Assembly: GCA_964016885.1 (NCBI GenBank)
Contig: OZ024743.1
Span: forward strand, 71,238,001-71,302,000
Source: Eledone cirrhosa
Lineage: Eukaryota
Direction of reading: 5' to 3'
DNA: 64,000 nucleotides
Made by a program: the position numbers and the translations under genes
Notes under the pieces: model-generated
What the model was told of the DNA's origin: nothing
The model's input: the letters and a program-made list of their open reading frames with translations, nothing else
Database searches by the model: none
Shown: one piece after another, positions 1 through 12,271 of the stretch
Layout: each line of letters starts with the position of its first letter
Numbering within the stretch: the first letter of the stretch is position 1

Positions 1-322
1 AACTATTCACAACAGTAACAACACAACTAGCTATTACAGCACTCTTGCATACTCACAACAGTAACATTACAACTCCAAACTATTCACAACAGTAACAACA
101 CAACTAGCTATTACAGCACTCTTACATACTCACAACAGTAACATTACAACTCCAAACTATTCACAACAGTAACAACACAACTAGCTATTACAGCACTGTT
201 ACATACTCACAACAATAACAATACAACTCCAAACTATTCACAACAGTAACAACACAACTAGCTATTACAGCACTCTTACATACTCACAACAATAACAATA
301 CAACTCCAAACTATTCACAACA
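1..322. repeat. 77-bp tandem repeat, ~4 copies, cut by window start
   Basis: AACTATTCACAACAGTAACAACACAACTAGC recurs at 1, 78, 155, 232 and partially at 309. Confidence 0.9.
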
Positions 323-364
323 GGAATAAAATAACAACAACATCAACATCAATAATGTTAATAA

Positions 365-785
365 TTGTTTCCACTTTTAGCACAAGACCAGTGCATTACT
401 GGTACTTTATCGACCCCGTAAGGATGAAAGCCAAAATTAACCTCGGCGGGATTTGAACTCAGAATGGCAAGGGCCGTAACTTTTTGCGTCAAAGCATTAC
501 GGCCCTTGCCATTCTGAGTTCAAATCCCGCTGAGGTTAACTTTGCCTTTCATCCTTACGGGGTCGATAAAATAAAGTACCAGTACAATAATATTAATAAT
601 TGTTTCTACTTTAGGCACAAGGCTAGCAATTATCCAGTGCATTACTGGTACTTTATTTTATTGACCCCCGTAAGGATGAAAGGCAAAGTCAACCTCGGCG
701 GGATTTGAACTCAGATCGTAAAGGGACGTAACTATGCTGGAAAGCATGGCGTCCGACCCTCCACCGATACTGCCAATCCAGTTAA
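365..785. mobile_element. Three OK-like tRNA-derived SINE pieces (-, +, -)
   Basis: Core GAGTTCAAATCCCGCCGAGGT(T)(A/G)ACTTTGCCTTTCATCC..GGGGTCGATAAAATAAAGTACCAG in both orientations; same family as the full copy at 35427. Confidence 0.85.
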
Positions 786-1179
786 TAATAGCTTGAAACA
801 GATGAAGACTGACGGGGCGTGGGGAAGAGGAAAGTAAGTATAGGAAGAACCAGGAGAAGGAGAAGAGCAATTGACTGTAAATTTTACTGGATTCACTTTA
901 ACGTGTGATAGCATAAATAAACGGTGGGATATGTAAATTATCTTTAAATATCAAATAAAGTTAACTGGAAAATATATTTAAAATATAATAAAAAACACAG
1001 CCCCTCCACCACATAAACTAAATTGAACGTAAAGATATAAATAATTAATTAAACAATTATATAATGAAATATATAGCTGATAATTAAACATAATGAATTA
1101 AATAAGGGGAATTTTAATAGGGTTCGAACAACAACAGCAACAACGATAAAACGACGACAACAGCAGCAATTAAAGTGAC

Positions 1180-1618
1180 GACCCTGAACCACCACCACCA
1201 CTACCACCAACACCACTACCACCACCACTACCACCACAACCACTACCACCACTACCACCAACACCACTACCCCCCCCCAACCACTACCCCCCCTCCCTCC
1301 CCACCACCGCCACTACCACCACTACCACCGCCCCTACCACCACCACCACCAAAGCCACTATCCCCACCCCCCAACATCCCTACCACCACCACCACCATTA
1401 CCACCAACACCACCACTACCACCATCACTACTACTACCACCACCATCACTACTACTACTACCACCACCACAACCACCAACACCACTACTACCACCAACAC
1501 CACTAACACCAACACCACCACCAACACTACCACCACCAACACTACCACCACCACCACCACCAATACTACCACCAACACCACCACCACAACCACAACCACA
1601 ACCACCAACAACAACAGT
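1180..1618. repeat. Degenerate (CAC/CAA/TAC)n low-complexity tract
   Basis: Trinucleotide degeneracy; ORFs are poly-H/P/T or poly-V/G. Confidence 0.9.
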
Positions 1619-2289
1619 AATATTGGTTCTAAACAAGTGGCAATTATGAGGAAAGAAAATATTGAATGTAAAATTTGTGTATTGTGGATATTGAAGAGTT
1701 GATAATTCTTTTAATCTCAAATATACATAATTTAAAGTGTTTTAGTTTTTATCAATTAATATTCGGCTTATAAATTCGATCCTTTTATATCTATTTTCAG
1801 TTTCTCTGATCTGGATGGATCGCATGTAAATCATAAATATATTTTCACACCTCAAAAGAAGCAATAAGCATGTCAACAACCACAACAACAACAGTAATAG
1901 CGTTAAAGTAATAATGTTAATGGACGAATATTTCAGAAGAATTTACGAAAAAATCCCCAGGACATCAATGTTAACAGAACCATAACTATCCTCTGCTCCT
2001 TCCCACCACCCCTCCTTCTCCACCACCACCACCACCACCACCACAATCACCACCACATCATCATCATCCTTCTTCTCAACAAGAATTTAAATGAGCAATA
2101 AAAACAAACAATATTGGCCAAAGCAACAACAAAAAAAGCAAATAACCAATGAGAGATCTTTTATATGGTTATTGTACCTATTAGAAATGGTAGTAAAATT
2201 TTTTTTATATTACACACTGCATGCATGCTCTCGTAATTCCTGCGGGAATCCTCTTAGGGGTGTCGTATTGACATATGGTGTTTCTATAG

Positions 2290-2480
2290 GACATTTTTAA
2301 AACCAGGCAGAGCCCATTTTCTCTCCAGATCTGAATATAGCAGATTTTTTCAGGAGAAGAATCAAGTGATTGAGAGAATGGATGTGAGAATGAGATATAG
2401 AGGTTGAATGGACCCCAGTACTTGACTGGTATTGGTTTTATCGACACCGAATGGATGGAAGGCAAATATGAACTCAGAGT
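2290..2480. repeat. Interspersed repeat, second copy at ~49190-49400
   Basis: Shared CTC(C/T)AGATCTGAATA(T/C)AGCAGATTT..AGAAG followed by a SINE-like CTGGTA(T/C)T..GAA(T/C)GGAT..AAGGCAA segment. Confidence 0.5.
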
Positions 2481-2559
2481 CGAAACCAATAAGGCAAAGT
2501 ATTTTTTCATGTGTTCTAATGGCTTTGCCAATGGGCCGCTTATGTTACACTCTAAAAAT

Positions 2560-2845
2560 CTAAAGTCTGTCTCGATCTCGGAGGCACATCAGGACGGTGC
2601 TTATCCCAGTTTCCGTGGAGTGAAGCGACTGAAAGTGCAAACCCCACCCCTCTCCTGGGCAGGACGTCAGTCCATTGCAGGGTTAAACTCCAATCTATTG
2701 TTGGTACTCATTTTTTTCCAGCTGAGTATACTGGAGCAACATGAAATGAAATGTTCTGCTTAAGTACATCACATGGAACCCAGCCAAGAATCGAGCCCCC
2801 GGCATTATGGTCGTAAGTCCAACGCTCTTACCACTAGGCCAACAA
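2560..2845 (-). mobile_element. OR-like tRNA/CORE-type SINE
   Basis: Minus strand has A-box TGGCCTAGTGG, B-box-like GGCTCGATTC and CATTTCATGTTGCTCCAGTATACTCAGCTG; homologous to copies at 4600 and 46429. Confidence 0.75.
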
Positions 2846-3690
2846 TTATCACTAGGTCACACCCCTACCACTAGGCCATACCTTTACCACGAGGCCACAC
2901 CCTTACCACTAGGCCAACCCTTATCACTAGGTCACACCCCTACCACGAGGCCACACCTTTACCACTAGGCCACACCCTTATCACTAGGGCCAACCCTTAT
3001 CACTAGGTCACACCGCTACCACTAGGCCACATCCTTATCACTAGGTCACATCCCTACCACTAGGCCACACCTTTACCACTAGGCCACACCTTTACCACTA
3101 GGCCGCATTCTTACCACTAGGTCAAATATTATCACTAGGTCACACCCCTACCACTAGGCCACACCTTTACCACTAGGCCAACCCTTATCACTAGGTCCCA
3201 CCTCTACCACTAGGCCACACCTTTACCACTAGGCCGCACTCTTACCACTAGGCCAACCCTTATCACTAGGTCACACCCCTACCACTAGGCCACACCTTCA
3301 CCACTAGGCCGCACTCTTACCACTAGGCCAAGCCTTATCACTAGGTCACACCCCTACCACTAGGCCAAATATTATCACTAGGTCACACCCCTACCACTAG
3401 GCCACACCTTTACCACTAGGCCGCATTCTTACCACTAGGTCAAATATTATCACTAGGTCACACCCCTACCACTAGGCCACACCTTTACCACTAGGCCGCA
3501 CTCTTACCACTAGGCCAACCCTTATCACTAGGTCCCACCTCTACCACTAGGCCACACCTTTACCACTAGGCCGCACTCTTACCACTAGGCCAACCCTTAT
3601 CACTAGGTCACACCCCTACCACTAGGCCACACCTTCACCACTAGGCCACACCGTTACTCCTAGGCCACGCCTTTACTACTAGGCCACACC
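2827..3690 (-). repeat. 19-20 bp minisatellite (~44 copies) derived from the SINE A-box head
   Basis: Unit CTTACCACTAGGCCACACC is the reverse complement of GGTGTGGCCTAGTGGTAAG and is continuous with the SINE 5' end. Confidence 0.85.
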
Positions 3691-3809
3691 CATACACCTC
3701 GGTCGCATTTAAAAAGGAAGGATCAATTGCACGATGAAGTCTAGTAAGCAAAGGAAATTATACAGGCCTTCTCTATTTTGTTCGATTAAAGAACTGGAAT
3801 TAAATAGAA

Positions 3810-4465
3810 ACAACTACAACAATAATAGCAACAATTGCAACAATAATAGCAACAATAATAGCAACCACAACAGCAACAACGACAACAGTACTACAAAAAC
3901 AATAGCAACAAGGAAAACAACAGCATCAACAAAAATAATAAGCACAGCAACAACAATTACAAAAACAATAGCAATAAAAACAACAGTAACAACAGTAGTA
4001 AGAGTAGCAACAACGTCAATTACCGTTAAAAAGCTGCGATAAAATAACAACACCATCACCACTACCACCATCAATTTACCACCACCCCATCACCACTACC
4101 ACCATCACCATCACCACCATCACCGCTACCACCATCAACACTACCACCACCACCACCACCATCAACACTACCACCATCATCACTACCCCCACCCTCCCCA
4201 CTGCCCCACCCCCATTACTCCGCCATCACCACAACCCCACCACTACCCTCACCTCACTCACCCCACCACCATCACCACCACAAACACTACCACCACCACC
4301 ACCACCACCACCATCATCACCAATACCACCAGCACCACCATCACCATTACCACCATCACCACGATCGTCACTACCCCCCCCCCCTCACCAACACCACTAC
4401 ACCCCACCATCACCACTATCACCACCACCACCATCACCTCCACTACCCCACCACCATCACCTCAA
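3810..4465. repeat. Degenerate (AAC/CAC)n low-complexity tracts
   Basis: Trinucleotide degeneracy. Confidence 0.85.
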
Positions 4466-4599
4466 CCTATTTCTCTGGGAGGCTTAACGGGACCCAGTGT
4501 GTGACAAATCTAGCCCTTTAAATTTAAGACACAGTTCATCCTACAAGCTTCCAAAAGTTTCCATCTCCCCAATTCCGTCACAATACTCTGGTCTACACA

Positions 4600-4945
4600 G
4601 TCTAAAGTCTGTCTCGACCTCAGAGGCTCAACAGGCTGGTGTTTGTACCAGTTTTGGTAGCGTTAAATGACTGAGAGTAAAAGACTTCCCCCTGGACCGG
4701 ACGCCAGTCTATCTCAGGGTTAAATCCCCAGCTATTGGTGGAACTCATTTTTTTTTGCTTCTGAGTATAATGGAGCAACGTGAAATGAAGTGTTTTGCTC
4801 AAGAACATAAAACACAACACCACTGCCACTGCCGCCGCTCTGGTCCATACAAGATTACAATAAACAACACTTACCCAAGATGCCACGCAGTAAGATCGAA
4901 CTCAAGACCTAATAATTGCGAAGTGATCTTTTCTATTTGACCATG
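4600..4945 (-). mobile_element. OR-like SINE
   Basis: Colinear with 2560-2845 (TCTAAAGTCTGTCTCGA ... GGAGCAAC.TGAAATGAA.TGTT.TGCT). Confidence 0.7.
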
Positions 4946-5456
4946 CAGCATTATAGTCTTCCAAATAATCATCTGAATATTGATTTAAATTCGGAGAAAA
5001 TTTAGTAGAAAATGGCTGAAAAGTTCTGTTTTCTTTTGGTGTTAATGGCTGGAAAAAATTCCATTATTTGAACCAAATTGTATTATGGAAGCTAATTAAT
5101 ATCACTTAATTAATGAAGTCTCACAAACATCTGTTTTAGATAAAGTGGTAGGTGACTGATTGTCAGGTGTTAGATTATCAGCACAGAAGTTACCTGCAAA
5201 TTAGAACCTTATCAAACAGCTGTTTCGCCATGTTTACACATTTTGATTACCGTGTATGTGTGTGTCTGTATGTGTGTGTGTGTGTGTGCGCGCATGTGTG
5301 TGTGTGTGCATGTGTGTATATATATATATATAAATATAAATTCAGCGAGAATCGTATTTCGGCTGGTAGAAAAAGCGAAACGAAACGCAAAATCGTAGAA
5401 ATGCTGGCAAGCGTTCCAATAGTTAAGAAAACTAGAGCTAAACAGTAAAACTAGAG

Positions 5457-5506
<50 letters not shown>

Positions 5507-5651
5507 TCGATATATATATATATATATATATATAAATATACTTACAGTAAATATTGATGTAATTCAATTCAAGCACTCAACGTACTTTTTCCACATAGGA
5601 GTGACGGAGTATATTTAGAATAAGAAAATGCGAAGTAGTTTCAGATGTTAA

Positions 5652-5959
5652 AGTCCTTTGTTGATAAGGCTGTAATACATATTTCCATGACAACATTGTT
5701 CACGTGATTCCACCTAACCAGTGCCATGATCTCATTAGATAGCTTCTTACATAATAAGGTTATAGGCAATCCAAATTAAAACAAGGGAACGGACAAAGAT
5801 TATGTTCTCGAAGCCTTCGAAGTTTTGATTTGGATTGCCTCGAGAACGTAACCTTATTATGTAAGAAGCTATCTGATGATATCATGTCACTGGTTAGGCG
5901 GAATGGCTTGGTCACTGTTGTCATTGAAATATGTATCACAGTATTATCAATAAAGTACT
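5652..5959. mobile_element. Fold-back MITE with TTAA flanks
   Basis: ~130-bp imperfect inverted arms (e.g. GATAGCTTCTTACATAATAAGGTTA / TAACCTTATTATGTAAGAAGCTATC); TTAA at 5648-5651 and 5960-5963. Confidence 0.75.
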
Positions 5960-5983
5960 TTAACGTTTGAAACTACTTCGCAT

Positions 5984-6124
<141 letters not shown>

Positions 6125-6342
6125 AGTTAATAAACGAAACAAAACAAAACGAACACAGGAATGCGAAAATACAGTATCTACGTGTGTTTATAAACATGTA
6201 AGTAAATGTGTTTGTGCATGTATATACGTATGTATGTGTATGCATGCATATCTATATATGTAAGTATGTGTATTTATATGAATATATGTATCTATATCTA
6301 TCCAATAATGTTTATTGCAACATTGTTTAACGGAAAGAAAAT

Positions 6343-7040
6343 CTAACCTCCCTTACAGTGGTATGTCATATCTTGTGAGAAATATCATTAGCTAACCTCC
6401 CTTACAGTGGTATGTCATATCTTGTGACAAATATCACTAGCTAACCTCCCTTACAGTGGTATGTCATATCTTGTGAGAAATATGACTAGCTAACCTCCCT
6501 TACAGTGGTATGTCATATTTTGTGAGAAATATGACTAGCTAACCTCCCTTACAGTGGTATGTCATATCTTGTGAGAAATATCACTAGCTAACCTCCCCTA
6601 CAGTGGTATGTCATATCTTGTGAGAAATATCTCTAGCTAACATCCCCTACAGTGGTATGTCATAACTTGTGAGAAATATCACTAGCTAACCTCCCTTACA
6701 GTAGTATGTCATATCTTGTGAGAAATATGACTAGCTAACCTCCCTTACAGTAGTATGTCATATCTTGTGAGAAATATCACTTGCTAACCTCCCTTACAGT
6801 GGTATGTCACATCTTGTGAGAAATATCACTAGCTAACCTCCCTTACAGTGGCATGTCATATCTTGTGAGAAATATCACTAGCTAACCTCCCTTACAGTGG
6901 TATGCATATCTTGTGAGAAATATCACTAGCTAAGCCCCCTTACAGTGGTATCTCACATCTTGTGAGAAATATTACTAGCTAACATCCCCTACAGTGGTAT
7001 GTCAAATCTTTTGAAAACTATCTGTAGATAATCTTCTCTG
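6343..7040. repeat. 49-bp minisatellite, ~14 copies
   Basis: Unit CTAACCTCCCTTACAGTGGTATGTCATATCTTGTGAGAAATATCACTAG. Confidence 0.95.
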
Positions 7041-7889
7041 GAGTGTCCAGTTATACAAACAGGTATTAAATTAATAAAAATCTAACATTCCTAAAACTAA
7101 AAAGCCCTGTAGAGGGCACAAATAAATTGCTCTGGCAGTCGCTGTTGGGGACACCCATTGCAGAGGACCCGGGCAATTGCCCCCTTTTTGCTCATTAAAT
7201 CATCCGGCCCCGTGGTGTACAATTGTGGAAAGGTGCATATTTCTCGAAATATCGTACTTTCTTTCGTATCCCTTTACCATCCTCCGGGGAAACGCCTTCT
7301 CCATTCTGTCCGCCGGGGCTGTGGGGAGGCCAGCTCGTGGGACGCCATTTGCTCACAATACGGAGAGATGGGGGAGGGCGAGAGAGATGGAGGCGATAAC
7401 AGTGGGAGTTCGGCTCTTCCACGTCCGGACCATATCCTTGTGGTTGTGTTCATTAAGCAGTTAATGAGTCTGTTTATCTATAGACTCAATAGTGTACATT
7501 GTGTATATATTTTCAAAGTGTCCCACACTGTGCCAAAAATCTCCTCATTCCCCTTCTGCACCAAATCTCCTACCACCAACATCAACCTCACCCCCAATGC
7601 CAACCAACACCACCACCTACTATCTGTCGTTGTTGTTGTCATTGTTGTCATTGATATATGAGTTATAAACCTATGTGAAATATTGATATGCTAAAATAAA
7701 CTCTGATGATACCGACCTTAGACCAATTCCTGAAGGTCATAGTATAAACGATAAATATATTTTAGAGAGAAGAGAAATAGGATTTCGCTTCAAGCATAGC
7801 TTTACACAGATGTGAATAGAAATTTTTGAGACGAGAAAACTATATATTCTCGACTGTTCTCAAGTTCAGCAGATGCAAGCGGTGAGAGG

Positions 7890-7935
7890 GACCGTCCTGA
7901 TGAAGGCCAGTCAAGCCTGAAATGCATAGATGGTT
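7890..7935 (+). ncRNA. Minimal type I hammerhead ribozyme (Penelope-like)
   Basis: GACCGTC-CTGATGA-AGGC cagtcaa GCCT-GAAA-TGCA-TA-GATGGTT: 7-bp stem I, 4-bp stem II, palindromic ATGCAT stem III, intact core. Confidence 0.8.
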
Positions 7936-8233
7936 GTCGCCCTTGCTTCTGCTGGACACCACCAGAGGGCGTTAGCCCCGGTGTTTGCATAGCTACGGCT
8001 TCCTAAATGTTTCCTGTAAACACACCGTATTTCTTTAGAAATACGAAATTTCTATACATATTTTAGAGAATTTTATTTTAGTAAATTATAAAAAATAAAA
8101 TGCTTTAAAAAATTTTTGAAGTTTTTAAAACTGTAACTATATGAGCCCAGGATAAAGTTTTGTCAGCTGAAACATGTTGGTTTGAAAGCGCATTGATTTT
8201 TTGGTGTTTTGTATAAATAGTATGTACATACAT

Positions 8234-8279
<46 letters not shown>

Positions 8280-8770
8280 TCGAGATCATCTCAAATACAC
8301 ACACAGATATATATATGCATTTTAAATGCAATATATTTATGCTCCTACTTGCTTGAGCTTTCACTATGTTGAGAGATTAGGCCGCTATTTCTAGTTGTCC
8401 TTAGACCCTTTCACGTCGCTGGGACAGTGACAATATGCAGTGATACTTTGATAACACCTTGTGCTCCTTTCGCTGTTCTCAGTTCTGTAGTTTTCGTGTG
8501 TAAGTTCAGATGGATCAATACTCCTTTACTGACGATCTAGTTCGATCATCTAACTCCACTGATGTTTTGGTGAAACGTATTCATGATTTCTGAAGGATAC
8601 GTATAAAGGAGAAATATATACAATTTTAACAGGTTTCTATATTTTAAATTGTTAAATTTTGATATGATAATGAAATGAAGCATGTGTTCTTACATTCAAT
8701 GCAGCTGATCTGTTAAATTTGATATGTTCTATTGTGCGTATATATCATTAGATATATGGGTATGTATATA

Positions 8771-9122
8771 CAGTAATCCCCCGCTACATCGCGGTTCATT
8801 TTTCGCGATCCCGCTACATCACGGATTTTTCGTTAGAAAGTATCTATATTCCTATCGCGGTACGTCTGAATAAAAAGTGTTTAAATATTAAACTTATTAA
8901 ATAAGTTTCGATGTGATTGAAGTGTATAGTGTAATGAAGGGGCATCTTAAGGCTTTAGCTATGTTTATATTTTTCATTCCATATATGTACATAAGGCGTA
9001 TAAGAGAGGTATTTTTAGGCTATGAAAACAACGGTTGTCTTTATGGTCTTTCTATATCGCGGATTTTTATTTATTGCGGTTGGGTCTGGAAAGTAACCCC
9101 CTCGATAAACGGGGAATTACTG
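8771..9122. mobile_element. Tigger/pogo-like MITE
   Basis: TA-CAGTAATCCCCCG ... CGGGGAATTACTG-TA; duplicate at 28529-28880. Confidence 0.75.
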
Positions 9123-9155
9123 TATGTCATTCACTATTTTGTAATGATATATTAC

Positions 9156-9233
9156 ACAGCTAGATCCGAACTCCGAGTTCAGATCTAGCTGTCGAAATGG
9201 CCGGAGCTCAGCCGTCGGGGTCCTGACTCTTTT

Positions 9234-9306
<73 letters not shown>

Positions 9307-9825
9307 AAAAAGAAATGAAATCGAAAATGCAACTGGAGTCTTATTTTAAAAAAAAATATATATATTTAAAAAAAAAATAAGACTCCAGTTGCATTTTCGA
9401 TTTCATCTCTTTTTCTTTATACTTTCACTCGTGTAGGACACATCGGTTATTTTTCATTTTGTAAAAAAAACCTCACTTTCTAATATATATATATATATAT
9501 ATATACATATATATACATAATATAGAAAAGCTTCTACAGGACTAGAACTGTTTCATTTGTGAGAAATCTCCAGGAATATTTATTCTCTGCTTTGTATTGA
9601 ATACCTTACTTACTGTGGTTACCCTCGATTGAATCCGGAATAAACTTCTATATATATATATTTTTTTTACCCACACCTCTAGCTGTCGAAATGAAATGGC
9701 TGGAGCTCAGCCGTCGGGGCCCTGACTCTTTTCCTACATATATATATATATATTTTTTTTTTCGCCTCAGTTCGGAACCAGCTTTCGAAACGACAAGGGT
9801 ACAGCCGCCGAGCCTCCAATCTTTC

Positions 9826-9830
<5 letters not shown>
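9156..9830. mobile_element. Cluster of short Penelope-like fragments between (TA)n tracts
   Basis: Hammerhead 3' halves (GAAATGGC..GCCGTC at 9194 and ~9693), degenerate minus-strand hammerhead at 9532-9576, inverted arms at 9300-9421. Confidence 0.5.
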
Positions 9831-9875
<45 letters not shown>

Positions 9876-9989
9876 ATAAGAATATTTATATTTATATATG
9901 TTTGATATAAATATAAATATGTAGGGTAGTACTAAGTACTGTCAGCAAATAAATGTTCTAAACTAAAATTTGATCGTTTTAACACTTTG

Positions 9990-10123
<134 letters not shown>

Positions 10124-10144
10124 ATGTATATATATATATACAAA

Positions 10145-10187
<43 letters not shown>

Positions 10188-10229
10188 TTAATATAGATGA
10201 GATTCTACAGGACTAGAACTGTTTCATTC

Positions 10230-10276
10230 ATTCCTGATGATTTCTAATGAATGAAACAGTTCTAGTCCTGTAGAAT
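10230..10276 (+). ncRNA. Type I hammerhead motif inside a 49-bp-arm palindrome
   Basis: ATTC-CTGATGA-tTTCtaatGAAt-GAAA-CAG ttctagtc CTG-TA-GAAT; stem II closes with non-canonical U-U. Confidence 0.6.
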
Positions 10277-10360
10277 CTCATCTATATTAAAACTGTTATA
10301 CTCTGCTATGTATTGAGTACCTTACTTACTGTGGTTACCTCCGATTCAACCCGGAATAAC

Positions 10361-10413
<53 letters not shown>

Positions 10414-10443
10414 GTATATATATACAAAAACATATGTATATGT

Positions 10444-10490
<47 letters not shown>

Positions 10491-10609
10491 CACAGACAAC
10501 AAAATTAAGTACGGAATTTCTGAAGGCAAAAATTGGTTGCTTGAAATTTTTATCTGTTAATAATAAATATTTACCTTACAGGTTTATATAAACTATACAC
10601 ACACACACG

Positions 10610-10656
<47 letters not shown>

Positions 10657-10872
10657 TAACATAAGAGATTTTAGTCTTCACATTTATTATTATTACTATA
10701 TATATATATAGTGAAAACTTGGACGGGAACAACATCAGAGAGGCAGACAAACAAATATATATCTATATCTATACATACATCAACATATCTGAAAATGTAC
10801 CTTCTGTGTGTCCAACAGTCTTCTTGTATCTGTATGAGACAAGTTGCCTAGGGGCAATTCCAGATAGACACA

Positions 10873-10921
<49 letters not shown>

Positions 10922-11479
10922 ATTTATGTAATCATGTGTCAGTATGTTCGTAGGCCTACCTGTCTAATATTGATCAGATCATACGTTAACCGACACATAG
11001 AGGAAGAAATACACATACTATTAACACATGGAACAAACACACACACGTAAAAAACGCACATACACAACACATATTCACATTTACTTTTGAGATGCTTATT
11101 TTCAAAAATGCATTTTCAATTTATTGAGGGAGGTCTCTGAATTTAAAGTCAATATCTGCATACATGGTGCTGAAACTCCTTATCAGCCAATGCTTTCCAC
11201 TTTACCCTGAGGGTCGTGGACCTGCAAGTTTAGTGTCTTTTTTTTTCTTTAATTAGTCTCAGGTAACCGATTATCAGATCAGAAGACACTTTCAGTTCTC
11301 AAATACCCTCCCCCACCATTATTTTTCATACCTACCAAAAAACAACTCACTCACCGGCTCATATTCTAACCACACAAATTATTAACTTTTGCTATTCTAT
11401 CTCCGGCGAAATTTTATTTTAAGTGGTAGCATTCCTGCAACAATTAATTTTCTTTAGACATTAAGAACATTCTATTTAT

Positions 11480-11990
11480 CTAGAGCGGGTAAAATTCCTG
11501 AGATCCATGGACGAATTCTCTCCAGCGGTCTCTGTCCCTCATTTTCGCTGCCATGTCATGCGTCTCCAAAAGACCAGTGTATGTGCTTAGGGCATCAACA
11601 TATGTTATCCTTGGTCTTCCTCTACCAGTGTGTCCATGCAGGGGCTCCCACAGGAGCACTGAGTGCATTGTCAACTCTGGATGTCGGTGAGCATGTCCAG
11701 CTAACTTCAGTCTCCTCTTTTTTAGGAAGGCCTTTGATCTGTGGACCGTCACTGCCTGATGAAGATCTTACAGGCTTATGGAATCTCCAAGATGATAGTG
11801 GACCTGATCTCACTGCTCTACACCAACATCAAAGCCCAAGTCATTACACCTGATGGGATGACAGAGTTCTTTGAGATACTGGCTGGAATGCTCCAGGTAG
11901 ATAAATTGGCTCCCTACCTTTTTATCATCGCAGTGGACTATTGTATGCGCCTTGCGCAGGAGAAACACCAGGACTCTGGCGTTACTGTAA
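11480..11990. mobile_element. RTE-type LINE remnant in two oppositely oriented pieces
   Basis: Minus 11480-11745 encodes an RTE C-terminus (RRLKLAGH..RGRPRITYVD..DRDRWR); plus 11741-11985 encodes RT core (GMLQ(V/G)DKLAPYLFII); duplicate at 30786-31295. Confidence 0.8.
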
Positions 11991-12271
11991 GAACATTATA
12001 CATGACAAAAAGGTAGATTACTAGAAATCCCATTTGTTATAAAATAAATAAGATGGGTTGGGGTCTCAATATGTAAACTAAACGACTAATTGTGTTTTTT
12101 TTAAAATCAACTGAGTCAACCAAGAAAAATTAACGATTTTCCACTCCCAGCTTATTCCACTCCCCAACGTATTCCAAATCCCTCTCTTATTCCAATCTAC
12201 CCTATTATTTGGGACCCTAGATTAACTCAGCCCCTCTTTTAACACGAACATTCAGCACAGAATTGAAGGGA

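Noticed and set aside
1175-1702. His/Pro/Thr-rich ORF as a mucin- or extensin-like gene
   Set aside because: It is a translation of degenerate trinucleotide repeats; no splice or domain evidence
6343-7040. Regular arrays (also 12340, 42010, 43262, 50158) as CRISPR
   Set aside because: No unique spacers, no cas genes, and the context is eukaryotic
7158-7661. 167-aa ORF conserved at 26694
   Set aside because: Identity is explained by the recent duplication; TTG start and no recognisable domain
7700-7770. CTGATGA hits at ~7703, ~5872, ~41187 and ~47086 as hammerheads
   Set aside because: GAAA is missing or stems I/III cannot be formed convincingly
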